A stretch of DNA of 64,000 nt from Bryobacteraceae bacterium. Its GTDB lineage: Bacteria > Acidobacteriota > Terriglobia > Bryobacterales > Bryobacteraceae. The DNA is taken from positions 2,218 to 66,217 of the forward strand of contig JBJMGJ010000380.1 in assembly GCA_045807965.1 (NCBI GenBank), in the 5' to 3' direction. Made by a program: the position numbers and the translations under genes. The notes beneath the pieces were generated by a model. The model saw only the letters and a list, made by a program, of their open reading frames with translations, had not been told where the DNA came from and did not search any database. Numbering within the stretch: the first letter of the stretch is position 1; every line of letters starts with the position of its first letter. Shown piece by piece: positions 32,941 through 39,431 of the stretch.

Positions 32941-33054
32941 TCAGAAGCCGTCGAGTGGCTTGGTGACGAATTCGATGAGCGCGATCAGCGGAAGTACGGT
33001 GACAACCTTGATCACCTCGACGATGACGTTCTCATTGCGGCGGTGCTTGGCCAT
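32941..33054 (-). CDS. cassette gene: membrane microprotein, 37 aa
   Basis: Hand translation MAKHRRNENVIVEVIKVVTVLPLIALIEFVTKPLDGF. Flanked by a full box and a terminator although it is below the track cutoff. Confidence 0.5.
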   Translation of the reverse strand: MAKHRRNENVIVEVIKVVTVLPLIALIEFVTKPLDGF

Positions 33055-33107
33055 GATGGTCCTTTCATAGAGGGGTTCTTTCATTATGATCCATGTAATA
33101 CGTGCGA
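33055..33107 (-). promoter_or_regulatory. conserved promoter-like box + leader (copy 13)
   Basis: Minus strand TCGCACGTATTACATGGATCATAATGAAAGAACCCCTCTATGAAAGGACCATC-ATG. Confidence 0.5.
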
Positions 33108-33113
33108 TGAGGC

Positions 33114-33141
33114 AAAAACCATAACCCTTGTGAGGTTATGG
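33114..33141 (-). terminator. intrinsic terminator (hairpin family)
   Basis: aaaaa + ccataacc-cttgtga-ggttatgg. Confidence 0.75.
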
Positions 33142-33151
33142 TCTTGGGAAC

Positions 33152-33373
33152 TCAGTTGAAAGGCGCGAGGAGATAGGTGCGATTGCGCTCAGCACGCTGA
33201 CCTTGCTGGTAGCCTGCCGTCCAACCCTCCTGGAAGGTCTTAGAGAATTCCTCATAGCTGGTCAAGCGCGTGATGCGCTTGTTCAGCTTGAGGATCTCCT
33301 GATCCTTCTTTTGGGTTGTAACGACGACGCCAACAATGAATGCGAGAGCAGCTGCGATCAGCGACTTGATCAT
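33152..33373 (-). CDS. cassette gene: N-terminally anchored membrane protein, 73 aa
   Basis: MIKSLIAAALAFIVGVVVTT. Confidence 0.6.
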   Translation of the reverse strand: MIKSLIAAALAFIVGVVVTTQKKDQEILKLNKRITRLTSYEEFSKTFQEGWTAGYQQGQRAERNRTYLLAPFN

Positions 33374-33425
33374 GTCTGGTCCTTTCGTGGAGGGGTTTCC
33401 ATTATGAGCCGTGTAATACGTGCGA
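33374..33425 (-). promoter_or_regulatory. conserved promoter-like box + leader (copy 14)
   Basis: Minus strand TCGCACGTATTACACGGCTCATAATGGAAACCCCTCCACGAAAGGACCAGAC-ATG. Confidence 0.5.
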
Positions 33426-33455
33426 AAAGCTAGAGCCCTTGTTAGGGGCTCTAGC
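33425..33455 (-). terminator. intrinsic terminator (hairpin family)
   Basis: aaaa + gctagagccc-ttgtta-ggggctctagc. Confidence 0.75.
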
Positions 33456-33468
33456 CTTCCAGCTACTG

Positions 33469-33702
33469 CTAGAGTCGAACGACTGGACGGAACTCATCCA
33501 GGGACTCTGGTCCGACAAACTCGTAGCTCTCGAAGAAGTCCTCGATGGAAACGATCACGGCGTGATGGTTGGGGTCGTCCGGAAGAATGAAGTAGGTCCC
33601 CGGGTGTCCGTGGGGCCCTGCTTCGATTTCCGGCCTGAGTCCACCGTTGTTGGTAGCGATCAGATCCAGTGACTTCTCGTTGATACTCACTGCGTGCGGC
33701 AT
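33469..33702 (-). CDS. cassette gene: soluble acidic protein, 77 aa
   Basis: Track ORF with its own box and terminator. Confidence 0.6.
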   Translation of the reverse strand: MPHAVSINEKSLDLIATNNGGLRPEIEAGPHGHPGTYFILPDDPNHHAVIVSIEDFFESYEFVGPESLDEFRPVVRL

Positions 33703-33756
33703 GGTATTCCTTTCGGGTTGTAGGGTCGTTCACTATGGCACGTGTAAACTCTGCGA
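33703..33756 (-). promoter_or_regulatory. conserved promoter-like box + leader (copy 15)
   Basis: Minus strand TCGCAGAGTTTACACGTGCCATAGTGAACGACCCTACAACCCGAAAGGAATACC-ATG. Confidence 0.5.
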
Positions 33757-33785
33757 AAAACCAGAATCCGTGTTAGGGATTCTGG
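33756..33785 (-). terminator. intrinsic terminator (hairpin family)
   Basis: aaaaa + ccagaatcc-gtgttag-ggattctgg. Confidence 0.75.
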
Positions 33786-33795
33786 TCTTGAGGTC

Positions 33796-33975
33796 TTACT
33801 TGTCGGACAGCAGAAGGTTCTTGATGTGGTGCGACAGCGGCTTCGGGGCCGGGGGCATCCGGAGCGCGGGCTTCTTCACGAGCCGCATCGACTTGTAGTA
33901 GGTGGTCGTACGGGGCGTGGAAGCGGGCGCGGTGAATGCGTCGGTACCGAAGGGGTTGGCAACATCGTTGAACAT
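33796..33975 (-). CDS. cassette gene: basic proline-rich protein, 59 aa
   Basis: ATG 33975 (MFNDVANPFG) behind CTATGAGAGGACCCCGCATC. Confidence 0.55.
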   Translation of the reverse strand: MFNDVANPFGTDAFTAPASTPRTTTYYKSMRLVKKPALRMPPAPKPLSHHIKNLLLSDK

Positions 33976-34031
33976 GATGCGGGGTCCTCTCATAGTAGTG
34001 GTTCTCATTATGAGCCATGCAATTCTTGCGA
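33976..34031 (-). promoter_or_regulatory. conserved promoter-like box + leader (copy 16)
   Basis: Minus strand TCGCAAGAATTGCATGGCTCATAATGAGAACCACTACTATGAGAGGACCCCGCATC-ATG. Confidence 0.5.
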
Positions 34032-34036
34032 TCTTG

Positions 34037-34064
34037 AAAAACTAGAATCCTTGTGGGATTCTAG
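34037..34064 (-). terminator. intrinsic terminator (hairpin family)
   Basis: aaaaa + ctagaatcc-ttgtg-ggattctag. Confidence 0.75.
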
Positions 34065-34072
34065 CTTTGGGA

Positions 34073-34372
34073 TCACTCCACCTTGACGAGGTAGTCAGAG
34101 GTGATGTCTTCCGGCATGATGGCCAGGCCCCCGCGATTGATCTCGGCAAGGAGATTGATCACTTGAGCCACCTTGTCCCATGCTTCAGACTCTTCTCGCG
34201 TCCAGGAAATCCGGATCGGCTCTTCGGGCTTCCATTCCCGACCGTAAACGATCTTGTGATTTCTTTGGGCTGCGAACCAGGCGTCTTGTGCACGGTTGTA
34301 AGCGGCTGCAAGGTCATCGTCCAGGACGAGGTGCAGCGGGGAGCCCATCCATGCATAGGTCGACTGGGTCAT
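34073..34372 (-). CDS. cassette gene: soluble protein, 99 aa
   Basis: Track ORF with its own box and terminator. Confidence 0.6.
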   Translation of the reverse strand: MTQSTYAWMGSPLHLVLDDDLAAAYNRAQDAWFAAQRNHKIVYGREWKPEEPIRISWTREESEAWDKVAQVINLLAEINRGGLAIMPEDITSDYLVKVE

Positions 34373-34430
34373 TGTCTTTCCTTTCGATATGTGGAGGGGT
34401 TTCCATTAGAACCCATGTAATCCCCGCGAG
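34373..34430 (-). promoter_or_regulatory. conserved promoter-like box + leader (copy 17)
   Basis: Minus strand TCGCGGGGATTACATGGGTTCTAATGGAAACCCCTCCACATATCGAAAGGAAAGACA-ATG. Confidence 0.5.
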
Positions 34431-34456
34431 CGGCAATTTTTTATACACCTTGTCCG

Positions 34457-34502
34457 AAAACCAGAGAGCCTGTAAACGGGTCAAGGTCTACAGGCTCTCT
34501 GG
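34457..34502 (-). terminator. strong intrinsic terminator
   Basis: aaaa + perfect 14-bp stem ccagagagcctgta / tacaggctctctgg with a 14-nt loop. Confidence 0.75.
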
Positions 34503-34531
34503 CGGTCGGAGATCTATCTCGGGTCGATGTC

Positions 34532-34819
34532 TCAGCGAAGCTTCATGATGAAGCTCAGAGCTTTCGAGGTCACGATGTGCACTCGTTCATGGCCGACGAT
34601 GATGATAATTCCGGCGAGGTTCGCGACGATGGTGGCAACAGTGTCCGGGCTGATGCGCGGCTGACGTTCTACGGTCTTCAGCGCATGCAGCTTGGCCAGC
34701 TGGTCCACCATTTGGGCGTACGGCTCGGAATCAACGGTCTCGTTGTCCATCTCTTCGAGTACACGATCGATTGCCTTCTCCAGCCCGGACTTTTCGGCAG
34801 GGGGCTTCTGGATGTTCAT
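34532..34819 (-). CDS. cassette gene: tail-anchored membrane protein, 95 aa
   Basis: ATG 34819 (MNIQKPP). TM segment VATIVANLAGIIIIVG. Confidence 0.55.
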   Translation of the reverse strand: MNIQKPPAEKSGLEKAIDRVLEEMDNETVDSEPYAQMVDQLAKLHALKTVERQPRISPDTVATIVANLAGIIIIVGHERVHIVTSKALSFIMKLR

Positions 34820-34872
34820 ATCGATCCTTTCGGTAGGGGTCTCTTTCACTATAAGCGATGTATTATCCGCGA
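34820..34872 (-). promoter_or_regulatory. conserved promoter-like box + leader (copy 18)
   Basis: Minus strand TCGCGGATAATACATCGCTTATAGTGAAAGAGACCCCTACCGAAAGGATCGAT-ATG. Confidence 0.5.
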
Positions 34873-34890
34873 TTGACCCCTATTTTGACA

Positions 34891-35241
34891 CTACTGCCCA
34901 GAAGCGCCCGGATGGTTGATCTTGAACTCCATCGAGTGTTTGCCCGGCTCGTCGACGACATCCTCCGGCGGCTGATTGAAGGCGATCTGTACCTTCTTGC
35001 CGCCGTCATCGGCGGGAAAGACATTGACGTCACCGTCGAAGTTCGAACCGGACTTGTAGTACTGACCCGTGCTGAGATGCAAGATCACACCGAGGAAAGT
35101 ATCCAATGCGGTGATCGACCCGATTACCTTTTCCGCTGCTGGAATGCCCCAGATCCCGGCCAGTGCGAAATATAACGTCCCTAGTGCAGGCAGCAGCACC
35201 AGTGCAACGAATTTCAGTCGATCGTACAATCCGTTCGACAT
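34891..35241 (-). CDS. holin, Dp-1-like family, 116 aa
   Basis: From ATG 35241: MSNGLYDRLKFVALVLLPALGTLYFALAGIWGIPAAEKVIGSITALDTFLGVIL. This matches my memory of the Dp-1 holin family pattern (YD.LK.IA...LPAL.TLYFAL..IWG.P....V.GTI.A.DTFLG). Confidence 0.6.
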   Translation of the reverse strand: MSNGLYDRLKFVALVLLPALGTLYFALAGIWGIPAAEKVIGSITALDTFLGVILHLSTGQYYKSGSNFDGDVNVFPADDGGKKVQIAFNQPPEDVVDEPGKHSMEFKINHPGASGQ

Positions 35242-35260
35242 CTGGCTCCGAGTAGTCTGA

Positions 35261-35713
35261 TCAGAGCTGCCCGGGTTTGTCACGATAATCTCCCATCGGG
35301 TTGGTATCATCTTCGCGCTCACGGATAAGTTCGGTCGAACCCGTAGGTAATCCTCGCTCGAGCCGAGTAAACCTGGTTCGAAGATGCGCAAGTTCTTCGC
35401 GAAGCCTTCGGTTATCCGCTAACACCATCTGATTTTCTTGATGCAACCGATCATTTGCATAATGAAGCTGCTGAATATCGCGCTCATGTTCATCAGCTTC
35501 TTCGCGTAGTTCCAATAGTTCAACTTTCTGCCGGTTAATGGTTTCGGTATCAAGTGCCCGAGCTCGTTCGTACGCTTCTTTCTCCATCTCGACTCGAGAC
35601 GAGGTGACTACGTTTGTCGTAGACGCTCTTGAAGAAGCCTTTGCCGAAGCCCAACCACCTAAGGCAGCTATCAAAGAAACGATGATACTACCTACGGCTA
35701 TTCCTGTTGTCAT
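35261..35713 (-). CDS. N-terminal TM + coiled-coil protein (lysis accessory?), 150 aa
   Basis: ATG 35713 behind AAGGA. TM segment TTGIAVGSIIVSLIAALGGWA, then heptad-like ELLELREEADEHERDIQQLHYANDRLHQEN. Confidence 0.5.
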   Translation of the reverse strand: MTTGIAVGSIIVSLIAALGGWASAKASSRASTTNVVTSSRVEMEKEAYERARALDTETINRQKVELLELREEADEHERDIQQLHYANDRLHQENQMVLADNRRLREELAHLRTRFTRLERGLPTGSTELIREREDDTNPMGDYRDKPGQL

Positions 35714-36170
35714 CGTCCTTGTCCACCACCACCACAACGGTTTTATCAGGGTTGACAAACCCACTGACAGCCCACCACAAGAAAGCCAACAACCCCCAGT
35801 TCAGAACGGCTGTCAGATTAATGGTTGGCGACTTTTCGAAGATCACTCCCGCGGCATAGGTAGCACTCCAGCCCGCGGAAAGTGCGGTAAGGACGGTATA
35901 CCCCCAGGTATCTGCTACTGGTGGCCATCTAGCGGAAAGAATGGCCAACAAACCGGCAAATATGAACAAACCTCCCCAGAACTCGACCGGGAACCAGCGA
36001 AGCGCAAGGACTAATGCAAGCTTACGACTCGGCGTTGGCTTAGCCAAGATATAAGTCACCCCAACGAGTACGTACGCAATCCCACCAACCAACAGCACAA
36101 GACTATGGCGCTTGAAAGGACGTACACCCCAATAGTTTGTGCGCCAATTCCGGCCAGATGGCTGGCTCAC
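35688..36170 (-). CDS. four-TM membrane protein (holin-like), 160 aa
   Basis: GTG 36170 behind GGAGAC, with GTGA overlap with the FN3 gene stop. Four hydrophobic spans. Confidence 0.5.
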   Translation of the reverse strand: MSQPSGRNWRTNYWGVRPFKRHSLVLLVGGIAYVLVGVTYILAKPTPSRKLALVLALRWFPVEFWGGLFIFAGLLAILSARWPPVADTWGYTVLTALSAGWSATYAAGVIFEKSPTINLTAVLNWGLLAFLWWAVSGFVNPDKTVVVVVDKDDDNRNSRR

Positions 36171-37150
36171 GCTGTCTCCTTCCAGACCCCGGCTATCTTT
36201 GCCCAACCTTGAGCCACTTTCCATACCCCATTTTGACGTACGTACGGTACTGCCTGTTTCCAGGTATTACCGACCAGTATCCAGACCCCACCGGCCGTAC
36301 GTACGCTTTTGGAAGCGGAATACGGACCCCAGCCATAGGAGTTCTTTGCTCGTGCCCAGAAGTAGTAGGTCGCTCCAGGAGTCAGTCCACTGATCGTTGT
36401 CGACCCGTCAGAGGTGACCGTTGTCGTCGGTCCGGACGAACTGGTGCCATAGCCGATCTGATGATCCGTGATGCTGGATCCGTTGTTATCATTGTCGGAG
36501 AAAGTCACATACACCGATATCGGCATGATGGATGAGATCACCGGTGTGGTTGGCGCGTCCGGTGTACCCTCCATCGTGACCGAAGCTCGGGTGCTCCATT
36601 CGCTCCAACCGATTGCGTTGTGCGCTCTAGCCCAGAAGTAATACGTCGTTTTCGGCGTGAATCCGGTCAGTGGCGTATTACCATCCGACGTCCGGTACTG
36701 CGGATCGCCTCCGGTGTACATCGACGTCGTGGTGTTGTAACCGATCTGGTACTCGTCGATTACCGAACCGTGGATAGCACCCGGAGAGAACGTCACCGTC
36801 AAGGTGGTATCGGTGACGTTACTGAGCTTGAGTCCGAACGGTGGATTCGGCACATCATCGGTCGTTACATCCGATCTCGGGCTCCAGTCACCCCAGCCGA
36901 TCGCATTTCGACCGCGTGCCCAGAAGTAATAGGTGGTGCCAGGGGTAAGACCGACGATAGGCGTGTTTCCATCAGAGGAAACGTAATGCGGAGTGGCACC
37001 GGAATACAGCGAAGTACTGGTGCTGTATCCGATCTGCCACTCGAGAACTGTTGAACCACCGGTGCCATTACCGTTGAACGCCGCGGTAAGTGTTGTATCT
37101 TTGATGTTGAAGAATACAACAGCATCTGGTGCCGGAGGAGCCGTAGCCAT
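36167..37150 (-). CDS. minor tail/fibre protein with three FN3-like repeats, 327 aa
   Basis: The block L(T/S)PGTTYYFWAR(G/A)xNAIGW(G/S)(D/E)WS recurs three times at roughly 100-aa spacing (more divergent in the third copy). C-terminal GVWK repeats. Confidence 0.65.
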   Translation of the reverse strand: MATAPPAPDAVVFFNIKDTTLTAAFNGNGTGGSTVLEWQIGYSTSTSLYSGATPHYVSSDGNTPIVGLTPGTTYYFWARGRNAIGWGDWSPRSDVTTDDVPNPPFGLKLSNVTDTTLTVTFSPGAIHGSVIDEYQIGYNTTTSMYTGGDPQYRTSDGNTPLTGFTPKTTYYFWARAHNAIGWSEWSTRASVTMEGTPDAPTTPVISSIMPISVYVTFSDNDNNGSSITDHQIGYGTSSSGPTTTVTSDGSTTISGLTPGATYYFWARAKNSYGWGPYSASKSVRTAGGVWILVGNTWKQAVPYVRQNGVWKVAQGWAKIAGVWKETA

Positions 37151-37152
37151 AC

Positions 37153-37392
37153 TTACACCACGATCTTGAAGTAAACATCCCCGTCGCTACCACCGGTGGG
37201 AGATGCCGTGCCGGACGAAACGCCCGCCGCCGAGCGATAGGCGGACTTACCGACCGGAATGAGTGCTTTGACCGCCGCGACGAAATCCCGGGTACGGTTT
37301 AGCTCCCGGGCACCCCAGCGAACTCGACCTTCCTCGCCGGTATCCGGAACGGTGGGATATCCACCAGCGACTGCCTGATCGCCAATAGCCAT
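37153..37392 (-). CDS. hypothetical tail-module protein, 79 aa
   Basis: SD GAAGGAGG. Confidence 0.55.
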   Translation of the reverse strand: MAIGDQAVAGGYPTVPDTGEEGRVRWGARELNRTRDFVAAVKALIPVGKSAYRSAAGVSSGTASPTGGSDGDVYFKIVV

Positions 37393-37407
37393 GTCATGCC
37401 TCCTTCG

Positions 37408-38592
37408 TTACGGCAGGGTACCCCAGACCGTCGTGGTGTCGGTGTCGTAGTCAGCCCAGACCTTGTCGGATTCCCAGGACAGCCACGATCCGGTGTTGAT
37501 GTACTGGTAGAGGGTCAACGTCGGGTAAGAACGCTCGCCTTCGGTATCGGACACGAATATCTGCTCGGTGACCCGCATGTTGTTGGCCACACCGTCGATG
37601 TTCTGCAGTTCGACCATGTCACCTAGACGATAATCCGTTCCGTACTTGTACGAGCTGTTCTGGCTGATCTCACCGTCGAAGCCGAAATATACGATGGCGT
37701 TCGTCAGCGCTTCCCGGCCCTTCTGGGTCAAATATGCGTTGATCTCATCGGTTGTCGGCGTACCGTCCAGAGTGTCCGCCTGAACCAACATCACATTACG
37801 ATCGAATCCCGAGATGGTCGACGAGACGTCCTGGGGATAGACCGTCAAATATCCCTGCTCAGAGAAGACGTAGGCAACATTCTTCGCCTGATCGATAGCA
37901 GTCAGCTCATTGGTGTTCTGCAGATTGTCGAGATTGGGCGAAAATACCACCGGAGGTAAAACCGTCTGTCCGGTTGTCCGGTCGCTGCCGGTGTACAGAT
38001 CGAAATATAGCTGCGAAGTATCGAAGTTACGCAGCAGCCGGAAGCCGATACCGTATGCGTCGCCAAGACCCTTCAACGCGTTGTACAGCGTGTCCGGATC
38101 CTGGGTCCAGGTGATCGGATCGATCGGCGCAGGCAAGGTACTTGCAGGCATGATGGATCCGGGCTGCAGAAATGGAATGGCGTCATTGGGATTAAGATCT
38201 CCCCGCCGAGCCATGCCATCGAACAGCCAGGTCATGATCTGCGTAGGCGTACCATTGAGTACCCAGTTGGGTTCGGTGGTGAGATTCTGCCAGTGCCGCT
38301 TCACCACTCGACTGTCCAACAAGGTACCCTCGAGTGACCGGCCTTTCAGGGTCAGCATGGATTTGCCGTCGGTATCGGTGGCATTCTCGACCGATTCCAC
38401 CGTCATTACATAGTAGGATTCGTTGATCGCCAGTTGAGTACCGGCTGAGAATAAGCTTCGAGCTGCTGGTGTAGATCGAACCACCAACTCGAAATCACCC
38501 CAAGCGGTGAACCGCTCGGTCCAGATCAATGATTCGAACACATCCACGACTTGCTCACGACGGAGGAGACTGTCCAGAGTGTACACCTCCAT
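37408..38592 (-). CDS. minor tail protein, siphovirus Gp37-like / Tal N-domain-like, 394 aa
   Basis: Lies directly after Dit and the tape measure gene. The N-terminal pattern MEVYTLD..R....V.D.FESLIWTERF is typical of Gp37-like proteins as I recall them. Confidence 0.55.
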   Translation of the reverse strand: MEVYTLDSLLRREQVVDVFESLIWTERFTAWGDFELVVRSTPAARSLFSAGTQLAINESYYVMTVESVENATDTDGKSMLTLKGRSLEGTLLDSRVVKRHWQNLTTEPNWVLNGTPTQIMTWLFDGMARRGDLNPNDAIPFLQPGSIMPASTLPAPIDPITWTQDPDTLYNALKGLGDAYGIGFRLLRNFDTSQLYFDLYTGSDRTTGQTVLPPVVFSPNLDNLQNTNELTAIDQAKNVAYVFSEQGYLTVYPQDVSSTISGFDRNVMLVQADTLDGTPTTDEINAYLTQKGREALTNAIVYFGFDGEISQNSSYKYGTDYRLGDMVELQNIDGVANNMRVTEQIFVSDTEGERSYPTLTLYQYINTGSWLSWESDKVWADYDTDTTTVWGTLP

Positions 38593-39431
38593 TACAAGCC
38601 TCCATACCGAGTGTCATAGGTGAGATCGTAGGGAATAGGTGTTCCCTCTAGGTAAAGACGCAGATAGTTGTCGCCCGGCTGAAACTCCAACCAGGCAGAC
38701 TGTGGCGAAACTCCGTAGAGTGCCGAAGTGTCTACATTGGCCCGAGTGAGAGTGACGCCCTTGGCGCCGGTGAGCGTGCTGATCTCCAGCGTGTCACCGG
38801 CAACCAAGGGAATCGAGAAGTCGAGCTGACGGAGTGTTCCATCCGGAGGTCGTAGATAGAACGTGAACGCTGTCACGCTACGGTCCGGACGAATCGTGAA
38901 CACTCCGCCAGTTTCGACGGTTCCCGCATAGCTGATAATCGTATCGACAGCGTCAGTGAACGACGAGGAAGTAACCGACATAACGCCCGTCAACGACACC
39001 GGATTCGGATCGACGAAGTCCGGATCGAAGCACATCAACGAAATATCAGCTTCTGGCTCCTGGGTGAAGAGTGGAGTCTCGAAAGTCTCGACCCTGCCCA
39101 GGATATCGACGTACAGATCGTCGTCCATGACGAACCGAAGGCTTACTTCGGATTTCGGCATGAAGAAGCCGTACAGCCGCTTCCGCAGATCTGCTACCGA
39201 CGTGTCCACATAGTCCGGTTCGAGCCCTATTTTGAGCTTGATGTTGCGGGACTCTCGCCGGGCCGAGTGATACTGTTCGCCGTCCTGTCCAGCGAAGCTG
39301 GATGAGACCAACGTCGCATTGACCGGATCCAACCCTTCGATCTCTTCGATGATCAACCCAGAGGTCGTGTCATCCAGTGGAAGGGTCAGCAGCGAGCCCT
39401 GACTAGTACGGACTTCAACTCGGACGAGCAT
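38592..39431 (-). CDS. distal tail protein (Dit)-like, 279 aa
   Basis: First gene after the tape measure gene, overlapping it by 17 nt. Size and position are typical of Dit. Confidence 0.55.
   Translation of the reverse strand: MLVRVEVRTSQGSLLTLPLDDTTSGLIIEEIEGLDPVNATLVSSSFAGQDGEQYHSARRESRNIKLKIGLEPDYVDTSVADLRKRLYGFFMPKSEVSLRFVMDDDLYVDILGRVETFETPLFTQEPEADISLMCFDPDFVDPNPVSLTGVMSVTSSSFTDAVDTIISYAGTVETGGVFTIRPDRSVTAFTFYLRPPDGTLRQLDFSIPLVAGDTLEISTLTGAKGVTLTRANVDTSALYGVSPQSAWLEFQPGDNYLRLYLEGTPIPYDLTYDTRYGGL

Noticed and set aside
30828-34502. CRISPR-like reading of the regularly spaced hairpin repeats
   Set aside because: The repeat spacing is 230-440 bp, not 60-75 bp. Each 'spacer' is an ORF with an SD and start codon. 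The repeats have U-tracts and are followed by promoter-like boxes. No cas genes are present.
30693-34890. Integron-like gene-cassette array with the hairpins as attC sites
   Set aside because: No integrase or attI is seen. The hairpins are short with U-tracts, like intrinsic terminators, and each cassette has its own promoter-like box. The analogy is kept only as a thought in the main finding.
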